A DNA stretch of 63,719 bases, counting the filler, from Sphaeroforma arctica JP610 (lineage: Eukaryota): the NCBI RefSeq assembly GCF_001186125.1. It is 5 parts of 2 records of this genome, joined end to end, with 100 filler letters (N's around TTAATTAATTAA, not from the genome) between each part and the next. Parts side by side here need not be neighbours in the genome. Positions count along the whole stretch, not along the records: positions 58,530 to 63,719 come from NW_014040534.1; 4 more parts are not named here. One strand, written 5' to 3'. The notes beneath the pieces were generated by a model. It was not told where the DNA came from and did not search any database. It saw nothing but the letters and a program-made list of their open reading frames with translations. Shown here one piece after another: positions 61,801 to 63,719 of the stretch (the first letter of the stretch is position 1; the number at the start of each line of letters is the position of its first letter). The position numbers and the translations under genes were made by a program.

Positions 61801-63476
61801 CTACCTACCTGCATGAGCCAGTCTACCCACCTACATGAGCCAGTCTACCTACATACATAAGCCAGTCTGCCTACCTACATGAGCTAGTCTACCTACCTGA
61901 ATGAGTCAGTCTACCTACCTGCATGAGCCAGTCTACCTACCTGCATGGGCTAGGCTACCTACCTGCCTGAGCTAGTCTACCTACATGTNNNNNNNNNNNN
62001 NNNNNNNNCTACCTGCATGAGCCAGTCTACCTACCTGCATGGGCTAGGCTACCTACCTGCCTGAGCTAGTCTACCTACATGTATGAGCCAGTCTACCTAC
62101 CTACATGAGCTAGTCTACCTATCTGCATGAGCCAGTCTACCTACCTGCATGAGCCAGTCTAGCTACCTACATGAGCTAGTCTACCTACCTGCATGAGCCA
62201 GTCTACCTACCTGCATGAGCCAGTCTACCTACCTGTATGAACTAGTCTACCTACCTGCATGATCCAGTGTGCATGCGGATTCCCAGCCTTGAGACTTGCC
62301 ATTTGCGCCTCCCCCGCCTGTATGAAGAGGAAGCACAAACAAGACGGTTATAAGACTTATGAACACGTTGAACGTCGTTGTGAGGGGACTAGCCCTATAT
62401 GAAGGGGAAGCACAAACAAGACGTTTATAAAACTTATGAAAATGATCAAGCACAAACGAGTCGGTTATAAAGCTTATGAACACGTTGAACGTGGTTGTGA
62501 GGGGACTAGCTCTATGTGAAGGGGAAGCACATACAACGTGTGTATGGATCTTTTGAACACATTGAACGTGGTTGTGATGGGACTAGCTCCCGCCGTATGA
62601 AGGAGAATCACAGATACGGTGTGTGTTTAAGACTTAGGAAAACGCTAAACGTGGCTATGAGGGACAAGCGTGCATATGAACATATGGTAATGAGAATGGC
62701 CTGGGGTTGGACTGTAAGCGTCGGCAAGAAGATTGAATTGGGCTCATGGTAGAGATGGGATTGTAGCAAGGTTGTGCATAGATGCAAAGAGGCGGAAACA
62801 AGAACGCAAGTGTGATTAAATACGAGAAAGCATGCATGAGTACATATACAATGGCACGATCATATAATATAAAACAGGAACGCAAGTGTGATCAAATGCG
62901 AGAAAGCATGTATGTGTACATATATAATGTCACGATCATATAGTAGGAATCAGGAAAGCAAGTGTGAATATATTCACAGGAATGGTGGTCATGGACAATA
63001 ATGAACATAGCGGAAAGGCCATTCTTGAATACACATGTAGGGTATTCGGCAGTGATGAAAGAGGCATTTGTAGCTATAACCACAGTGCAGAGGTAGCCTG
63101 CACCTGGACATAGACCAGAGGACTTGGATAATAAAGTGGTTTAAGGTTTGTAGAGAATGAAGAAAGTATACCCAATATATATATTAATACATATATATAT
63201 ATATATATATGTCAGTGTTCAGTTACATACACACATTATAAGTGGGCAATACTATCTATTCAATACTGCTGACAAGGTATGTGGCTTAGATATGGCCTGG
63301 TCGCCCACACCTCTATTAGACTATATCGAAACTTTAGACAAATATATCGGAAGGGTTGGATATTTATACCTACCTGTCGGAGATACGAAAGTTCTAAGCT
63401 TGCCGGAGTAAGCTCGTTGTACTGATCGGCGCTGTACACATCCGAGACGTGGCCGTAAAGGTGTGTCTGCTCTTTA
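58877..63476 (-). CDS. NAGLU: Alpha-N-acetylglucosaminidase (GH89), internal exons only
   Basis: Phase-consistent minus-strand exons: 63476-63374 (KEQTHLYGHVSDVYSADQYNELTPASLELSYLRQ), 62317-62255 (AGEAQMASLKAGNPHAHWIMQ), 61059-61009 (GWTFSYDTGTWTADRVE), 60588-60447 (AYLSG..VLDLYSETVPVW..FGKPFIWNMLHNFGGTT), 58983-58877 (DLKG..MVGVGVTPEGLNQ). Both catalytic Glu motifs (NE, PEG) are present. Confidence 0.93.
58953..59405. repeat. 5 x ~90-bp tandem repeat containing a NAGLU acceptor plus ~30 nt of exon
   Basis: Unit agagtacagtggtcaacatccctttcagat|ctgatggataagcatag..actattgtgcatg. The first copy overlaps the real exon boundary at 58983/58984. Confidence 0.9.
59993..60230. repeat. 3 x 80-bp intronic tandem repeat
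   Basis: ttagtccct.aca.atgcactggttgc..aagtagcactgg..a.tcaac.tctctaggtctgtttga at 59993, 60073 and 60153. Confidence 0.85.
61701..62268. repeat. ~25 x 22-bp minisatellite built from a NAGLU exon/donor junction
   Basis: The plus-strand unit gagccagtctacctacctgcat reads actggctcatgcag|gtaggtag on the minus strand. The real junction is actggatcatgcag|gtaggtag at 62255/62254. Confidence 0.92.
62318..62690. repeat. Degenerate tandem repeat of a NAGLU acceptor region
   Basis: tatgaag.ggaagcacaaacaagacg..ttgaacgt.gttgtgaggggactagc repeated about 4 times, starting at the exon boundary 62317/62318. Confidence 0.75.
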
Positions 63477-63719
63477 CTGCAAGACAGTCCGTTAGCACAA
63501 AATGAAATGAAGATTTTAGGTGTCGAATGTGAAGTAACGTACCATTAGAAGTATGTTTATCTGCGTTTGACGAAAGAGGTTCGTCTCTACATTTACACAT
63601 GCCTATACACACTAACCACGTGCATGCTGACGTGGCGCTTCATATACCACATACACAGAAATATATACATGAATAGAATTACATAATAAAGATACATATA
63701 TAGACAGCCGTACAAACAC

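Noticed and set aside
31500..63476. LPMO-GH19 plus NAGLU as a chitin-utilisation gene cluster
   Set aside because: GH89 cleaves alpha-linked GlcNAc, whereas chitin is beta-1,4. The genes are ~25 kb and three assembly spacers apart.
1..63719. Numerous ORFs rich in YI/CV/HT/MYVC in the ORF track
   Set aside because: They are translations of (TA)n, (TG)n and (TATG)n microsatellites or minisatellites, mostly intronic.

Overview
This is eukaryotic, intron-rich genomic DNA with GT-AG introns, (TA)n/(CA)n microsatellites and 100-bp assembly spacers containing TTAATTAATTAA. Its style suggests a unicellular opisthokont such as an ichthyosporean, but that is inference only. Hand-spliced, phase-consistent gene models give, in order: the 3' part of PUS10 (509-5744); an acidic disordered protein with a formin-DAD/WH2-like motif (8648-~10670); an 11-exon TTF1/Reb1/DMTF1-family Myb protein (14692-27101); an intronless secreted 925-aa protein (31500-34277); a decayed Ty3/Gypsy LTR element (48778-53446); a 5-exon DUF3592-like membrane protein (55480-57643); and internal exons of a GH89 alpha-N-acetylglucosaminidase (NAGLU) on the minus strand (58877-63476). 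The main highlight is the intronless gene, which fuses an AA15-like copper LPMO, seven EGF-like repeats, two copies of an unassigned 6-Cys aromatic module and an intact GH19 chitinase. Other highlights are intronic minisatellites built from copies of the adjacent splice junction, a hammerhead-ribozyme-like fold in the LTRs with a free third copy, a ~310-bp foldback, and two symmetric exons inserted inside the Myb DNA-binding domain.
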